From Bacilli bacterium (GTDB lineage Bacteria > Bacillota_I > Bacilli_A > JAJDGJ01): a stretch of DNA of 58,164 nt. Made by a program: the position numbers and the translations under genes. Positions within the stretch are counted from its first letter, which is position 1. Each line of letters starts with the position of its first letter. The DNA is taken from the NCBI GenBank assembly GCA_031289255.1, contig JAITPW010000084.1, positions 1-58,164 on the forward strand, written 5' to 3'. This document shows positions 22,054 through 31,021 of the stretch, piece by piece. The notes beneath the pieces were generated by a model. It had not been told where the DNA came from, searched no databases, and was given only the letters and a program-made list of their open reading frames with translations.

Positions 22054-23430
22054 TTAAATATTAGTATTATTAATGAATTCTTTTTTTCTCATATAAACAA
22101 ATAATCCTATTAGAGCTATGATTTCTACCATACTTAAACTTATCATTAAATCATTATTTCCGCTATGCGGTAATCTTTTTTTAATTGATTGATTATTACT
22201 TGGTGATGTTTTATTGATAATGACCTTATGCGTTTCCTTATCTTTAGAAGGTTCATCTTGAAGTGATGGATTATGAGGTATATTGTCTTTTGGAGGATTA
22301 TCTTGAATGACATTATCTTGATTTGGTGTAATCTCTTTACTTAATTGTAATTTTAAAGTACTACTTAATGTTCCAAATTGAGCACTACCATGAACTAAAT
22401 CCATTGAATATGTATAAGGCCCTTGTAGTCGCATAACTGCTCCTTTAATAGAAGCTGCTTTTAAATATATTTGTTTATCAATTATTTTTACATCAATATC
22501 TTTATTATCTTGATTAATTTGCTTAAAGATAATATCATCTTCAATTTTGATGGGTATAGAATTATGAATATTATTATCGTATTTAGTACCATTAATAATA
22601 ATATCAAAATCTTCATTATCATCCCATTCTAAATAAGTATCATAAATCTTTTTACCTTCTATCCCTAAGTATTGTGATTCATGAGGTACAAAACCATCAT
22701 GTTCAAAACTGATTTGACCAGTATCATTATCAATGGCATTATATTTAATATTTAAGATTGTATTTTTATTACTTTTATATTGTTGCATCATTTCTTGATA
22801 CATTAAAGCTGTGTGATAAAATTCGCTCCAGGTCCCATTATCAGGTTGGACTTCAGGTGTACTTAAGCGAAAACCCAAACTAAATTTTTTAGGCATTGGT
22901 CCATATGGGCCTTGCCAGGCTTCTCTTGATTCGACCCCAGGTTTAAATAAATCAAAATCGTTAGGATGCTCATTACGAGCTTCATAGGCCCATAACATTA
23001 TTTTCATCCAACTTTTTCTTGTGATATCAGTACGAGTATTAGGTAAAGCAAAAAATTTATTAAATTGTTCATCATTTAGACTACTATAATCAGGACTGAA
23101 TAAGGCATAGGATAGAGCAGATTCATTATCATCACGTGATTTATAATAATCATAGATATCTCCTATTTCAGAAGAATGGGATCCTAAAACACCACCAAGT
23201 AAAATAAAGATTTCATCATTATCGGCCTTAAGATGATGATAAAAGGGGTTATCATTCTTAACTAGTGTATAACTAGTAGAATTATTTAAGGCTCTTTTTT
23301 CAGTATCATTAATATTAATAAACTCGCTATTATTAGTACTAATGATTTTAGCTTTAAGTGGTGTATTTATAAATAATGTTATTAAGCATAAATATAACAC
23401 TACTAAAGCTAATTTAAAACTTTTTTTCAT
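22054..23430 (-). CDS. putative cell-wall-anchored surface protein of unknown function
   Basis: N-terminal signal peptide (likely start ATG 23430 after AAAGGAGAG). The C-terminus has LPHSG, a hydrophobic stretch and RKKE, which resembles a sortase sorting signal. I recognise no domain in the body. Confidence 0.55.
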   Translation of the reverse strand: MKKSFKLALVVLYLCLITLFINTPLKAKIISTNNSEFININDTEKRALNNSTSYTLVKNDNPFYHHLKADNDEIFILLGGVLGSHSSEIGDIYDYYKSRDDNESALSYALFSPDYSSLNDEQFNKFFALPNTRTDITRKSWMKIMLWAYEARNEHPNDFDLFKPGVESREAWQGPYGPMPKKFSLGFRLSTPEVQPDNGTWSEFYHTALMYQEMMQQYKSNKNTILNIKYNAIDNDTGQISFEHDGFVPHESQYLGIEGKKIYDTYLEWDDNEDFDIIINGTKYDNNIHNSIPIKIEDDIIFKQINQDNKDIDVKIIDKQIYLKAASIKGAVMRLQGPYTYSMDLVHGSAQFGTLSSTLKLQLSKEITPNQDNVIQDNPPKDNIPHNPSLQDEPSKDKETHKVIINKTSPSNNQSIKKRLPHSGNNDLMISLSMVEIIALIGLFVYMRKKEFINNTNI

Positions 23431-23599
23431 TTTTTTCTCTCCTTTACTCATAAATTTCTCTTAGATATTATATCATATTTTTTAACATTGTAATCATAAA
23501 GTTACGATTATATTAATTATGTTAATTAATATTTTAAATATTTACTATTTGTAGAAAGTGATAATGAAAATTAAATAATATTTTAAAGACATTTATTTA

Positions 23600-23626
23600 T
23601 AAAAAAATAAGCTGTTACCAGCTTAT
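23600..23626 (-). terminator. intrinsic terminator after trmD
   Basis: The minus strand reads ATAAGCTG-GTAA-CAGCTTAT followed by TTTTTTT. Confidence 0.8.
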
Positions 23627-23651
23627 GAAAAGATATCTATCGATCTTTAAA

Positions 23652-24374
23652 TTATTTATTTTGAGAAAGAACTTCTTTTATTTTATTTTTGATAGTTCCA
23701 CTTAAGTTTTCATTATTAAGTAAATCAGGACGATTAGCCGCTGTTTTCTTAATTGATTCGACTAAGCGAAATTCATTAATTTTAGCATGATGACCATTAA
23801 GTAAAACTTCAGGTACTTCCTTGTTATCAAATATTCTTGGTTTAGTATAATGTGGATATTCTAATAAACCATTTTGAAATGAATCATCTTGATAAGAATC
23901 TTTTTCAATAACACCATCAACTAAGCGAGCAATAGCATCAACCATTACCATACACGATAGTTCCCCACTAGTTAAAACATAATCACCAATCGAATATTCA
24001 TAATCAACATAATCTCTGATTCTTTCATCATAACCCTCATAATGACCACAAATAAAAATTAATTCTTTTTCTAAACTTAATGCTTTAGCTTCTTCTTGTT
24101 TGAATGGTTTCCCTGTCGGACATAATAAAATTATTTTACTATCATTACTTCGTTGGGCTTGTAGCGCATCATAGATTGGCTGAACAGCTAAAACCATACC
24201 TGCTCCACCACCATAAGGAGTATCGTCGACTTTATGATGTTTATTAGTTGAATATTCCCGAAAATCAATCGTTTCAATAAATATTTTATTATTATCAAGA
24301 GCTCTTTTAATAATCGAATGATTTTTAAAACTATTTATTAAATCCGGAAACAACGTTAATATTTTAAACCTCAT
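23652..24374 (-). CDS. trmD: tRNA (guanine37-N1)-methyltransferase
   Basis: 240 aa. It has the TrmD blocks ICGHYEGYDERI and GDYVLTSGE and follows rimM. Confidence 0.95.
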   Translation of the reverse strand: MRFKILTLFPDLINSFKNHSIIKRALDNNKIFIETIDFREYSTNKHHKVDDTPYGGGAGMVLAVQPIYDALQAQRSNDSKIILLCPTGKPFKQEEAKALSLEKELIFICGHYEGYDERIRDYVDYEYSIGDYVLTSGELSCMVMVDAIARLVDGVIEKDSYQDDSFQNGLLEYPHYTKPRIFDNKEVPEVLLNGHHAKINEFRLVESIKKTAANRPDLLNNENLSGTIKNKIKEVLSQNK

Positions 24375-24871
24375 TAGAATAAACCATCTATTTCAAACAA
24401 AGTAATAATTCCCTTTGAAATATTTATTTCATTCACAATACTTTTAATCAAAGGTATCATTATTTCCTGATTATTTTCTTTGATTACTAAAATATCATTA
24501 GCTCCTGTTTCAAGAATACTACTAATACTACCTAGTAGATTATTTTGATAATCATAAACTTTTAAACCAATTAATTCAAAATGATAATATTCATCTTCTT
24601 CTAAAGGATACAAATCATCTTCATTAACTTTAATACTATACCCTCTAAATTTTTCAACTTCATTTAAATTATTATAACCATCTAAATAAACTAAATAAGT
24701 ATTTTTATGATTACGACTACTTTTAATAGTTACTTCTTGTTCATCATTGTCCTTAACTAACAAAAGCTTATTACCTTTACTTAAACGTTTATCAATAAAA
24801 TCACTCGTTGATTTTATTTTTATTTCACCTTTTAAGCCATGAAACCCTACGACATATCCAACATTAATCAC
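24374..24871 (-). CDS. rimM: 16S rRNA processing protein RimM
   Basis: 165 aa with the N-terminal VGYVVGFHGLKGEIKIK motif. Confidence 0.9.
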   Translation of the reverse strand: MINVGYVVGFHGLKGEIKIKSTSDFIDKRLSKGNKLLLVKDNDEQEVTIKSSRNHKNTYLVYLDGYNNLNEVEKFRGYSIKVNEDDLYPLEEDEYYHFELIGLKVYDYQNNLLGSISSILETGANDILVIKENNQEIMIPLIKSIVNEINISKGIITLFEIDGLF

Positions 24872-25625
24872 TTGTTAAATCCCTACCTTTTTCTATATAA
24901 TAAATCATACCTCTAAATAAATTAAGCATTGCTTTTTGATCATAAACAGCTAATATTTCTGGATGAAATTGTATTCCAACAAAGAATTGATCATTACTTT
25001 TTAGTTCAATTATCTCAATTAAACCATCTTCGCTTTTTCCTACTATTTTAAAAATATCCGCTAGTTTATCAATACCTTGATGATGAATTGAGTTCACAAA
25101 TATTTGATTTTTTAATCCTGTTAAAGTACTAAAAATAGAATCATTATCTTCTATTTTTAAAGAATGAACATTAATATTACCCTCTTGTGGAGCATGATGT
25201 TTAATATCAGTATGGAGACAAGCTTGTAAATCCTGATATAGAGTCCCTCCAAATGCCACATTCGCAACTTGCATTCCTCGGCAGATTACAATAGTAGGTA
25301 TTTTCTTTTCTATTGCTTTTCTTATTAAATAAATATCATAATAATCGGTCTTAGGATATAATTCTCCACATTTTTCTTGAATATATTCACCATATAACAT
25401 TGGATAAACATCATGGCCTCCAGTTATAATAAGACCATCAATATTCTCTAAATAATAATCAAGTAACTTTTCTTCATTAGTAACTGGTATTACTAAAGGT
25501 AATCCTTCAGCTTGAATAACAGCTTCAATTGCCTCAGATTTAACATATGTAATGATATGATTAGTAAACCAACCATCAAATTGAGATTCTTGATTAGATG
25601 ATATACCTATAATAGCCTTTTTCAT
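24864..25625 (-). CDS. class I glutamine amidotransferase / gamma-glutamyl hydrolase (peptidase C26, PuuD-like)
   Basis: 253 aa. It has the catalytic Cys motif ICRGMQV and the His motif GIQFHPE. Confidence 0.8.
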   Translation of the reverse strand: MKKAIIGISSNQESQFDGWFTNHIITYVKSEAIEAVIQAEGLPLVIPVTNEEKLLDYYLENIDGLIITGGHDVYPMLYGEYIQEKCGELYPKTDYYDIYLIRKAIEKKIPTIVICRGMQVANVAFGGTLYQDLQACLHTDIKHHAPQEGNINVHSLKIEDNDSIFSTLTGLKNQIFVNSIHHQGIDKLADIFKIVGKSEDGLIEIIELKSNDQFFVGIQFHPEILAVYDQKAMLNLFRGMIYYIEKGRDLTSD

Positions 25626-25675
25626 AATCTCACCTTCTTTTTTTTTAATATTATATCATTATTATTAATTAAGTT

Positions 25676-25710
25676 ATGAAAAAAGAGTCTTCTTTAAGTA
25701 GAAAACTCTT
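25676..25710 (-). terminator. intra-cluster intrinsic terminator between khpA and the amidotransferase gene
   Basis: The minus strand reads AAGAGTTTTC-loop-GAAGACTCTT followed by TTTTTT. Confidence 0.6.
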
Positions 25711-25716
25711 AATTAA

Positions 25717-25965
25717 TTAAAACGATTCAAAATCTATTAGTACTTTTTTATGTTCTTCACTAGCAATAGCACGAATTAATTGTCTAATCGCATTCGCATT
25801 ACGTCCTTGCTTACCAATAAGTCTAGGTATTTGACTCTCATGGGCAATAACTAATATCTTAATTTCATTGTCATTGGCAGTCGATAAAATATTAACATCT
25901 AAACTAGAAGCATCTTCTAATAAAGGCGTTACGATTGTCTTGACAATATTAATATAATCTTTCAT
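25717..25965 (-). CDS. khpA: KH-domain RNA-binding protein (YlqC/KhpA)
   Basis: 82 aa with the GxxG loop IGKQGRNA. It lies directly downstream of rpsP. Confidence 0.85.
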   Translation of the reverse strand: MKDYINIVKTIVTPLLEDASSLDVNILSTANDNEIKILVIAHESQIPRLIGKQGRNANAIRQLIRAIASEEHKKVLIDFESF

Positions 25966-26237
25966 TATTTTTTAAGTTTACTCTCATGGTATTTAGTCAT
26001 AATACCAGCTTTAGAAAATAAATTTCGTACTGTATCGGTTGGTTGAGCTCCATTACCCATCCATTTTAATGCTAATTCTTCTTTAATATTAACAGTAGCT
26101 GGTTCAGTATTGGGATTATAAGTTCCAATAATCTCAATAAAACGTCCATCACGTGGCGAACGAGAATCTGAAGCAACAATACGATAAAATGGTTTTTGTT
26201 TAGCACCCATTCTTTTTAATCTTAATTTAACAGCCAT
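25965..26237 (-). CDS. rpsP: 30S ribosomal protein S16
   Basis: 90 aa beginning [21 protein letters not shown]. Confidence 0.97.
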   Translation of the reverse strand: MAVKLRLKRMGAKQKPFYRIVASDSRSPRDGRFIEIIGTYNPNTEPATVNIKEELALKWMGNGAQPTDTVRNLFSKAGIMTKYHESKLKK

Positions 26238-26337
26238 TAATCAATCATCCTTTCCTTTAATTTATTCTATAATATCATAATATATAATGAACTGTCAAGT
26301 ATTAATAGTTGACACTAAATAATATTTTGTCATTTAC

Positions 26338-26365
26338 TTGACACTAATTTAAATAAGACTATAAT
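26338..26365 (+). promoter_or_regulatory. sigma-A-type promoter of the alaX-like pair
   Basis: TTGACA (26338-26343), a 16-nt spacer, then TATAAT (26360-26365). Confidence 0.6.
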
Positions 26366-26384
26366 TGCTTCAAAGGAGTTGAGT

Positions 26385-27029
26385 ATGATGGTCAATAAAT
26401 TATTCTGGCAAGATCCCTATCTCGATCATTGTGATGCTATTGTGACAAGTGTCAGCGGCAATAATATTACCGTTGATCAAACTGTTGCTTATGCTTTTAG
26501 TGGTGGTCAAGAAAGTGATATGGGAACAATCGGTGGTTTTAATATAATAAGTGCTACTAAGCGGGGCCTAGATATCATTTATACTTTAGAAAATCATTCT
26601 TTAAAAGAAGATGATCATGTCGAAATAAAAATTGATATGAAAAATCGTCATCGTTTAATGCGCTTACATAGTTGTGGTGATATTTGCCTGCAAATCATCT
26701 TAAAAAATCATCCCGAACTAAATGGAAAAAGAGTTGGAGCTAATGTTAGCCCTAGTAAAGCAAGAATTGATTTTAACATGGATTACAATATCTCTTCTTT
26801 ATTTCCTGAAATTGAAACTGAATTAAATAAAATTATTAACCAGAAATTACCTTTAGTTACAGCCTTTGAAGATGATGAAAAACAAATAAGATATTGGGAA
26901 ATAGCTGGATATCCTAAAACAAGATGTGGTGGCACCCATGTTAAAAATACGGCCGAAATTGGAAAAATAAGATTAAAAAGAAAAAATATTGGTGGCGGAA
27001 AAGAACGAATTGAAATGATTATTGAATAA
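26385..27029 (+). CDS. AlaX-M-like alanyl/threonyl-tRNA editing-domain protein, copy 1
   Basis: About 214 aa. It has MRLHSCGD where AlaX proteins carry MR.H...H, and a C-terminal RCGGTHV (CxxxH). The start is ATG 26385, 7-8 nt after AAGGAG. Confidence 0.75.
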   Translation: MMVNKLFWQDPYLDHCDAIVTSVSGNNITVDQTVAYAFSGGQESDMGTIGGFNIISATKRGLDIIYTLENHSLKEDDHVEIKIDMKNRHRLMRLHSCGDICLQIILKNHPELNGKRVGANVSPSKARIDFNMDYNISSLFPEIETELNKIINQKLPLVTAFEDDEKQIRYWEIAGYPKTRCGGTHVKNTAEIGKIRLKRKNIGGGKERIEMIIE

Positions 27030-27082
27030 TAATTTTAATTTCATTTTAATGAGTCCCTCTTTTCCTAAAGGAGTTAAATATT

Positions 27083-27724
27083 ATGTTAAAAAAATTATTC
27101 TGGCAAGACCCTTATCTTGATCATTGTGATGCTATTGTGACAAGTGTCAGTGGTAATAATATTACCGTTAATCAAACAATCGCCTATGCCTTTAGTGGTG
27201 CTCAAGCCAGTGATATCGGAACAATTGGTGGTTTTAATATTATAAGTGCTACTAAACGCGGTTTTGATATTATTTATACTTTAGAGAATCATTCTTTAAA
27301 AGAAGGTGATCATGTCGAAATTAAAATTGATATGCTAAATCGCTACTGCTTAATGAGATTGCATAGTTGTGGCGATATATGTAATCAAATACTAATCAAA
27401 AATCACCCTGAATTTAAAGATCATCGTATCGGTGCTAATGTTGATGCTATAAAATCACGCCTTGATTATTATTTAGATTATAATATTTCAATCTTATTTC
27501 CTGAAGTAGAAAAAGAATTGAATAATCTTATTGAACGTGATTTGATAATTACAACTGGTTTTATTGATGAAGATAATCAAATACGTTACTGGGAAATGGA
27601 TGGATATCCGCAAACGAGATGTGGTGGTACCCACGTTAAACGAACTAGTGAAATTGGTAAGATTATATTAAAAAGGAAAAATATTGGTAGTGGAAAAGAA
27701 CGAATAGAAATGATTCTCATCTAA
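27083..27724 (+). CDS. AlaX-M-like alanyl/threonyl-tRNA editing-domain protein, copy 2 (tandem paralog)
   Basis: 213 aa with the same motifs as copy 1 and its own AAGGAG Shine-Dalgarno. Confidence 0.75.
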   Translation: MLKKLFWQDPYLDHCDAIVTSVSGNNITVNQTIAYAFSGAQASDIGTIGGFNIISATKRGFDIIYTLENHSLKEGDHVEIKIDMLNRYCLMRLHSCGDICNQILIKNHPEFKDHRIGANVDAIKSRLDYYLDYNISILFPEVEKELNNLIERDLIITTGFIDEDNQIRYWEMDGYPQTRCGGTHVKRTSEIGKIILKRKNIGSGKERIEMILI

Positions 27725-27772
27725 TAAGTTAAAACTTTGTTTTACATTGATATTGCAATCTGATCATAAATG

Positions 27773-27802
27773 AAAAGTATCCTCTTACAAGGATACTTTT
27801 TT
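27773..27802. terminator. bidirectional intrinsic terminator
   Basis: AAAAGTATCCT-N6-AGGATACTTTT followed by TT, between two convergent genes. Confidence 0.8.
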
Positions 27803-27803
27803 A

Positions 27804-28643
27804 TTAAAAATCAATTTTATCAGGTTCATTCGAATCCATATTATAAGTTGTTTTAATTTCATCAATATATTTAATTTCTTGGTCATTTAAAGTGAAATTA
27901 AAGATATCTAAATTTTCTAAAATTCTTACTGGTGTAATTGATTTAGGCAATGAAACATAATTCTTTTGATAACACCATCTTAATACTATTTGACTTACTG
28001 TTTTATCATGACTTATGGCAATTGCTCGTAGTTGTGCTGATTCAAAAACTTCTCCTCTAGCAAAAGGACTATAAGCTTCAACAACAATATTATTATTAAA
28101 ACAATAATTAACTAATTCTTCTTTAGTATCTCCTGGACATAATCTTATTTGATTAACCATCGGGGCAATATTTTGTGTTTTCTTTAATTCCTCTAAATGA
28201 TGAATCATAAAATTACTAACACCAATAGCTTTTATTTTACCCTCTTCATATAAATCTTCTAAAGCTCGCCAGACCTCAGCATTTCTACTTTGCCAATGAT
28301 CACGATGTAGTAATGGATTAGGCCAATGGATTAGATATAGATCTAAATAATCTAATCCTAATCTTTCTAAAGTTGCATTGAAAGCTCTTTTAGCTTCACT
28401 ATATGTTCCTACATTATTCCATAACTTACTGGTAATAAATAATTCTGAACGATCTTTTTTGGAATCTTTAATAGCTTGCCCAACTTCTTCTTCATTATTA
28501 TATATACGAGCTGTATCGATATGAGTGTATCCATTTTGCAATGCAAATAAACAAGACTCATAACCATCTAGCTTGGTTGCTTCCCAAGTACCTAATGCCA
28601 TTATAGGAATTGTAATTCCGTTATTCATTTTTATATTTTCCAT
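27804..28643 (-). CDS. aldo/keto reductase (YvgN/YtbE-like)
   Basis: 279 aa with the AKR catalytic blocks DTARIYNNE, SKLWN and IHWP. Confidence 0.9.
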   Translation of the reverse strand: MENIKMNNGITIPIMALGTWEATKLDGYESCLFALQNGYTHIDTARIYNNEEEVGQAIKDSKKDRSELFITSKLWNNVGTYSEAKRAFNATLERLGLDYLDLYLIHWPNPLLHRDHWQSRNAEVWRALEDLYEEGKIKAIGVSNFMIHHLEELKKTQNIAPMVNQIRLCPGDTKEELVNYCFNNNIVVEAYSPFARGEVFESAQLRAIAISHDKTVSQIVLRWCYQKNYVSLPKSITPVRILENLDIFNFTLNDQEIKYIDEIKTTYNMDSNEPDKIDF

Positions 28644-28686
28644 ATTATTAACCTCACTTAATTTTCTATATCATTATACATTAATC

Positions 28687-28762
28687 TTTAAAAATAAAAA
28701 GGCAAATGCCCTTTTACTACTATGAAATATCTTTTAAAAATAAAAAGGACAGTGCCCTTTTT
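28687..28762 (-). repeat. two tandem copies of a terminator-like module of about 29 nt, downstream of frr
   Basis: TTTAAAAATAAAAAGGCAAATGCCCTTTT (28687-28715) and TTTAAAAATAAAAAGGACAGTGCCCTTTTT (28733-28762). On the minus strand each forms a short GC-cored hairpin followed by a U-run. Confidence 0.6.
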
Positions 28763-28763
28763 A

Positions 28764-29312
28764 TTAAATACTCATTAATTCTACTTCTTTTTTCTTACTA
28801 ATTTCATCAATCTTCTTAATAATTTTATCAGTTAAATCTTGAATATCATCTTGATATCCTTGAATATCATCTTTAGTAAGTTCTTTATCTTTCTTGATTG
28901 TATCATTAGCATCACGACGAATATTTCGAATAGCAACTTTAGCATCTTCTGCATATTTAGAGACATCTTTTACTAATAATTTTCTTGTTTCTTCCGTTAA
29001 AGGGGGAATGTTAAGACGAATATTTTCACCATCACTTTGAGGATTAATCCCCAAATCAGCACTATTAATAGCATGTTCAATAGCTTGTAATGTTGTCTTG
29101 TCATAAGGTTTAATTAATAATTGACGTCCTTCAGGAACGGTAATAGCCGCTACTTGATTTAAAGGCGTTTCACTACCATAATAATCAATCATAATATTAT
29201 CTAACATTGCCGGATTTGCTCTTCCTGTTCTTAACTGACTTAAAGAATGTTCAAAACTTTCAATAGACTTGTTCATTTTTAATGTTGCATTACTTATTGT
29301 TTCCTGACTCAT
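28764..29312 (-). CDS. frr: ribosome recycling factor
   Basis: 182 aa. It has LRTGRANPAMLD and IRNIRRDAND. Confidence 0.95.
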   Translation of the reverse strand: MSQETISNATLKMNKSIESFEHSLSQLRTGRANPAMLDNIMIDYYGSETPLNQVAAITVPEGRQLLIKPYDKTTLQAIEHAINSADLGINPQSDGENIRLNIPPLTEETRKLLVKDVSKYAEDAKVAIRNIRRDANDTIKKDKELTKDDIQGYQDDIQDLTDKIIKKIDEISKKKEVELMSI

Positions 29313-29314
29313 TT

Positions 29315-30025
29315 TTATAACTCCTTTGAAATAATTGTACCGTCAACTTCACTAAGGACGGCTTTTTTTATATTACCATTCTTGTTCATATCAAAGACTA
29401 CTAAATCAATATCATTATCCATACACATCGCACTAGCGGTCGCATCAATAACTTCAAGGTTTTTTTCAAGCATATCCATGAATGTTAATTTATCATATTT
29501 TTTAGCATCTTTATATTTATTAGGATCCTTTGTATAAACACCATCAGTTCCATTCTTAGCCATCAAGATAGCATCTGCATTTAGTTCCGCTGCTCGTAAA
29601 GCAGCTGTGGTATCAGTTGAGAAATAAGGTAACCCTGTTCCTCCTCCTAAGATAACAACTCGACCTTTTTCCATATGGCGTTGCGCTCGTCCTCTGATGT
29701 AAGGTTCAGCCACTGCTGTTATTTGTAAAGAAGTTTGGACTCTAGCATCAACACCAACGACATCTAAAGCATTTTTTATTGCTAAGGCATTCATGATGGT
29801 TGCTAGCATGCCCATATAATCACCACTGCTACGTTCCATCCCTATTTTTTCGCCCGTTTTACCACGCCAAATGTTACCGCCACCAACAACAATGGCAATT
29901 TCAACGCCACTCTCATGAGCACTTTTAATTTCCTGGGCAATATTAAGCATTTGTTTTGAACTAATACTGGCTTCACTATCGCCAAGGGCCTCGCCACTTA
30001 ATTTAAGTAAGACTCTTTTGTACAC
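29315..30025 (-). CDS. pyrH: UMP kinase
   Basis: 236 aa starting at GTG, with [10 protein letters not shown] and [10 protein letters not shown]. Confidence 0.95.
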   Translation of the reverse strand: MYKRVLLKLSGEALGDSEASISSKQMLNIAQEIKSAHESGVEIAIVVGGGNIWRGKTGEKIGMERSSGDYMGMLATIMNALAIKNALDVVGVDARVQTSLQITAVAEPYIRGRAQRHMEKGRVVILGGGTGLPYFSTDTTAALRAAELNADAILMAKNGTDGVYTKDPNKYKDAKKYDKLTFMDMLEKNLEVIDATASAMCMDNDIDLVVFDMNKNGNIKKAVLSEVDGTIISKEL

Positions 30026-30042
30026 TATTATTCCCCTTTCTT

Positions 30043-30071
30043 AAAAAAAAGACACTAAAAAGTAGCGTCTT
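30043..30071 (-). terminator. terminator/attenuator hairpin between tsf and pyrH
   Basis: The minus strand reads AAGACGCT-loop-AGTGTCTT followed by TTTTTTTT. The hairpin overlaps the tsf stop codon. Confidence 0.6.
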
Positions 30072-30963
30072 AATTACCTTGAACTTGGGCCATAACTTCA
30101 TCTGCAAAGTTATCAACTTTTTTCTCAATACCTTCTCCAACTTCAAAACGTACCACACGACCAACACTAGCTTGTAATGTTTTAACATAATCACCAACTG
30201 TTTGATCAGGGTTTTTAACGAATGGTTGATCAACTAATACGATTTCTTTTAATACTTTATTTACTTTACCTTCAACTATTCCCGCTAACACTTTTTCAGG
30301 TTTATCGGCTGTTTTAGGATCATTTTTAGTAATTTCTAATTGAGTATGTCTTTGTGCATCAATAAATTCTTGTGATATTTCTGCTCTTTGAACAAATGTT
30401 GGATTCATAGCGGCAATATGCATTGCGACATCTTTAGCACCATCAACATCATTTGAATCATTTAATTCCACTAAAACACCAATTTTTCCACCCATATGAG
30501 TATAAGCCCCAAAGACTCCATTATCTGATTTAGTCATTAAATCAAAGCGTCTTAAGGTAATTTTTTCTCCAATATTAGCTGTTACTTCAGCAATAAGTTT
30601 TTCTAATGTTTTACCTTCTAATTCACTTGCCATTGCTTCATCCATATTTGCTGGTAAAGTATGAAGTAAGTGATGAGCTATTTTTTCAACAAACTCAATA
30701 AAAGATTCATTTTTTGCAACAAAATCTGTTTCTGAATTTACTTCAACAATGACAGCTTGATTACCTTCAACAACAATTCTTGTTAATCCCTCAGCAGCAA
30801 TACGATCTGCTTTTTTAGCTGCTTTAGCAATTCCTTTTTCTTTTAACCATTCAATACTTGCATCTAGATTACCTTCATTAGCTTCTAGTGCTTTTTTACA
30901 ATCTAACATTCCTGCTCCAGTTATTTCACGTAATTCTTTAACCATTTGAGCTGTTACTTTCAT
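30070..30963 (-). CDS. tsf: translation elongation factor Ts
   Basis: 297 aa with the N-terminal VKELREITGAGMLDCKKAL. Confidence 0.97.
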   Translation of the reverse strand: MKVTAQMVKELREITGAGMLDCKKALEANEGNLDASIEWLKEKGIAKAAKKADRIAAEGLTRIVVEGNQAVIVEVNSETDFVAKNESFIEFVEKIAHHLLHTLPANMDEAMASELEGKTLEKLIAEVTANIGEKITLRRFDLMTKSDNGVFGAYTHMGGKIGVLVELNDSNDVDGAKDVAMHIAAMNPTFVQRAEISQEFIDAQRHTQLEITKNDPKTADKPEKVLAGIVEGKVNKVLKEIVLVDQPFVKNPDQTVGDYVKTLQASVGRVVRFEVGEGIEKKVDNFADEVMAQVQGN

Positions 30964-30989
30964 ATTCTAACCTCCCATATTTTACATAT

Positions 30990-31014
30990 AAAATGAAGCA
31001 AAAAGCTTCATTTT
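30990..31014 (-). terminator. hairpin between rpsB and tsf
   Basis: AAAATGAAGC-N5-GCTTCATTTT. Confidence 0.55.
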
Positions 31015-31021
31015 ATTATCG

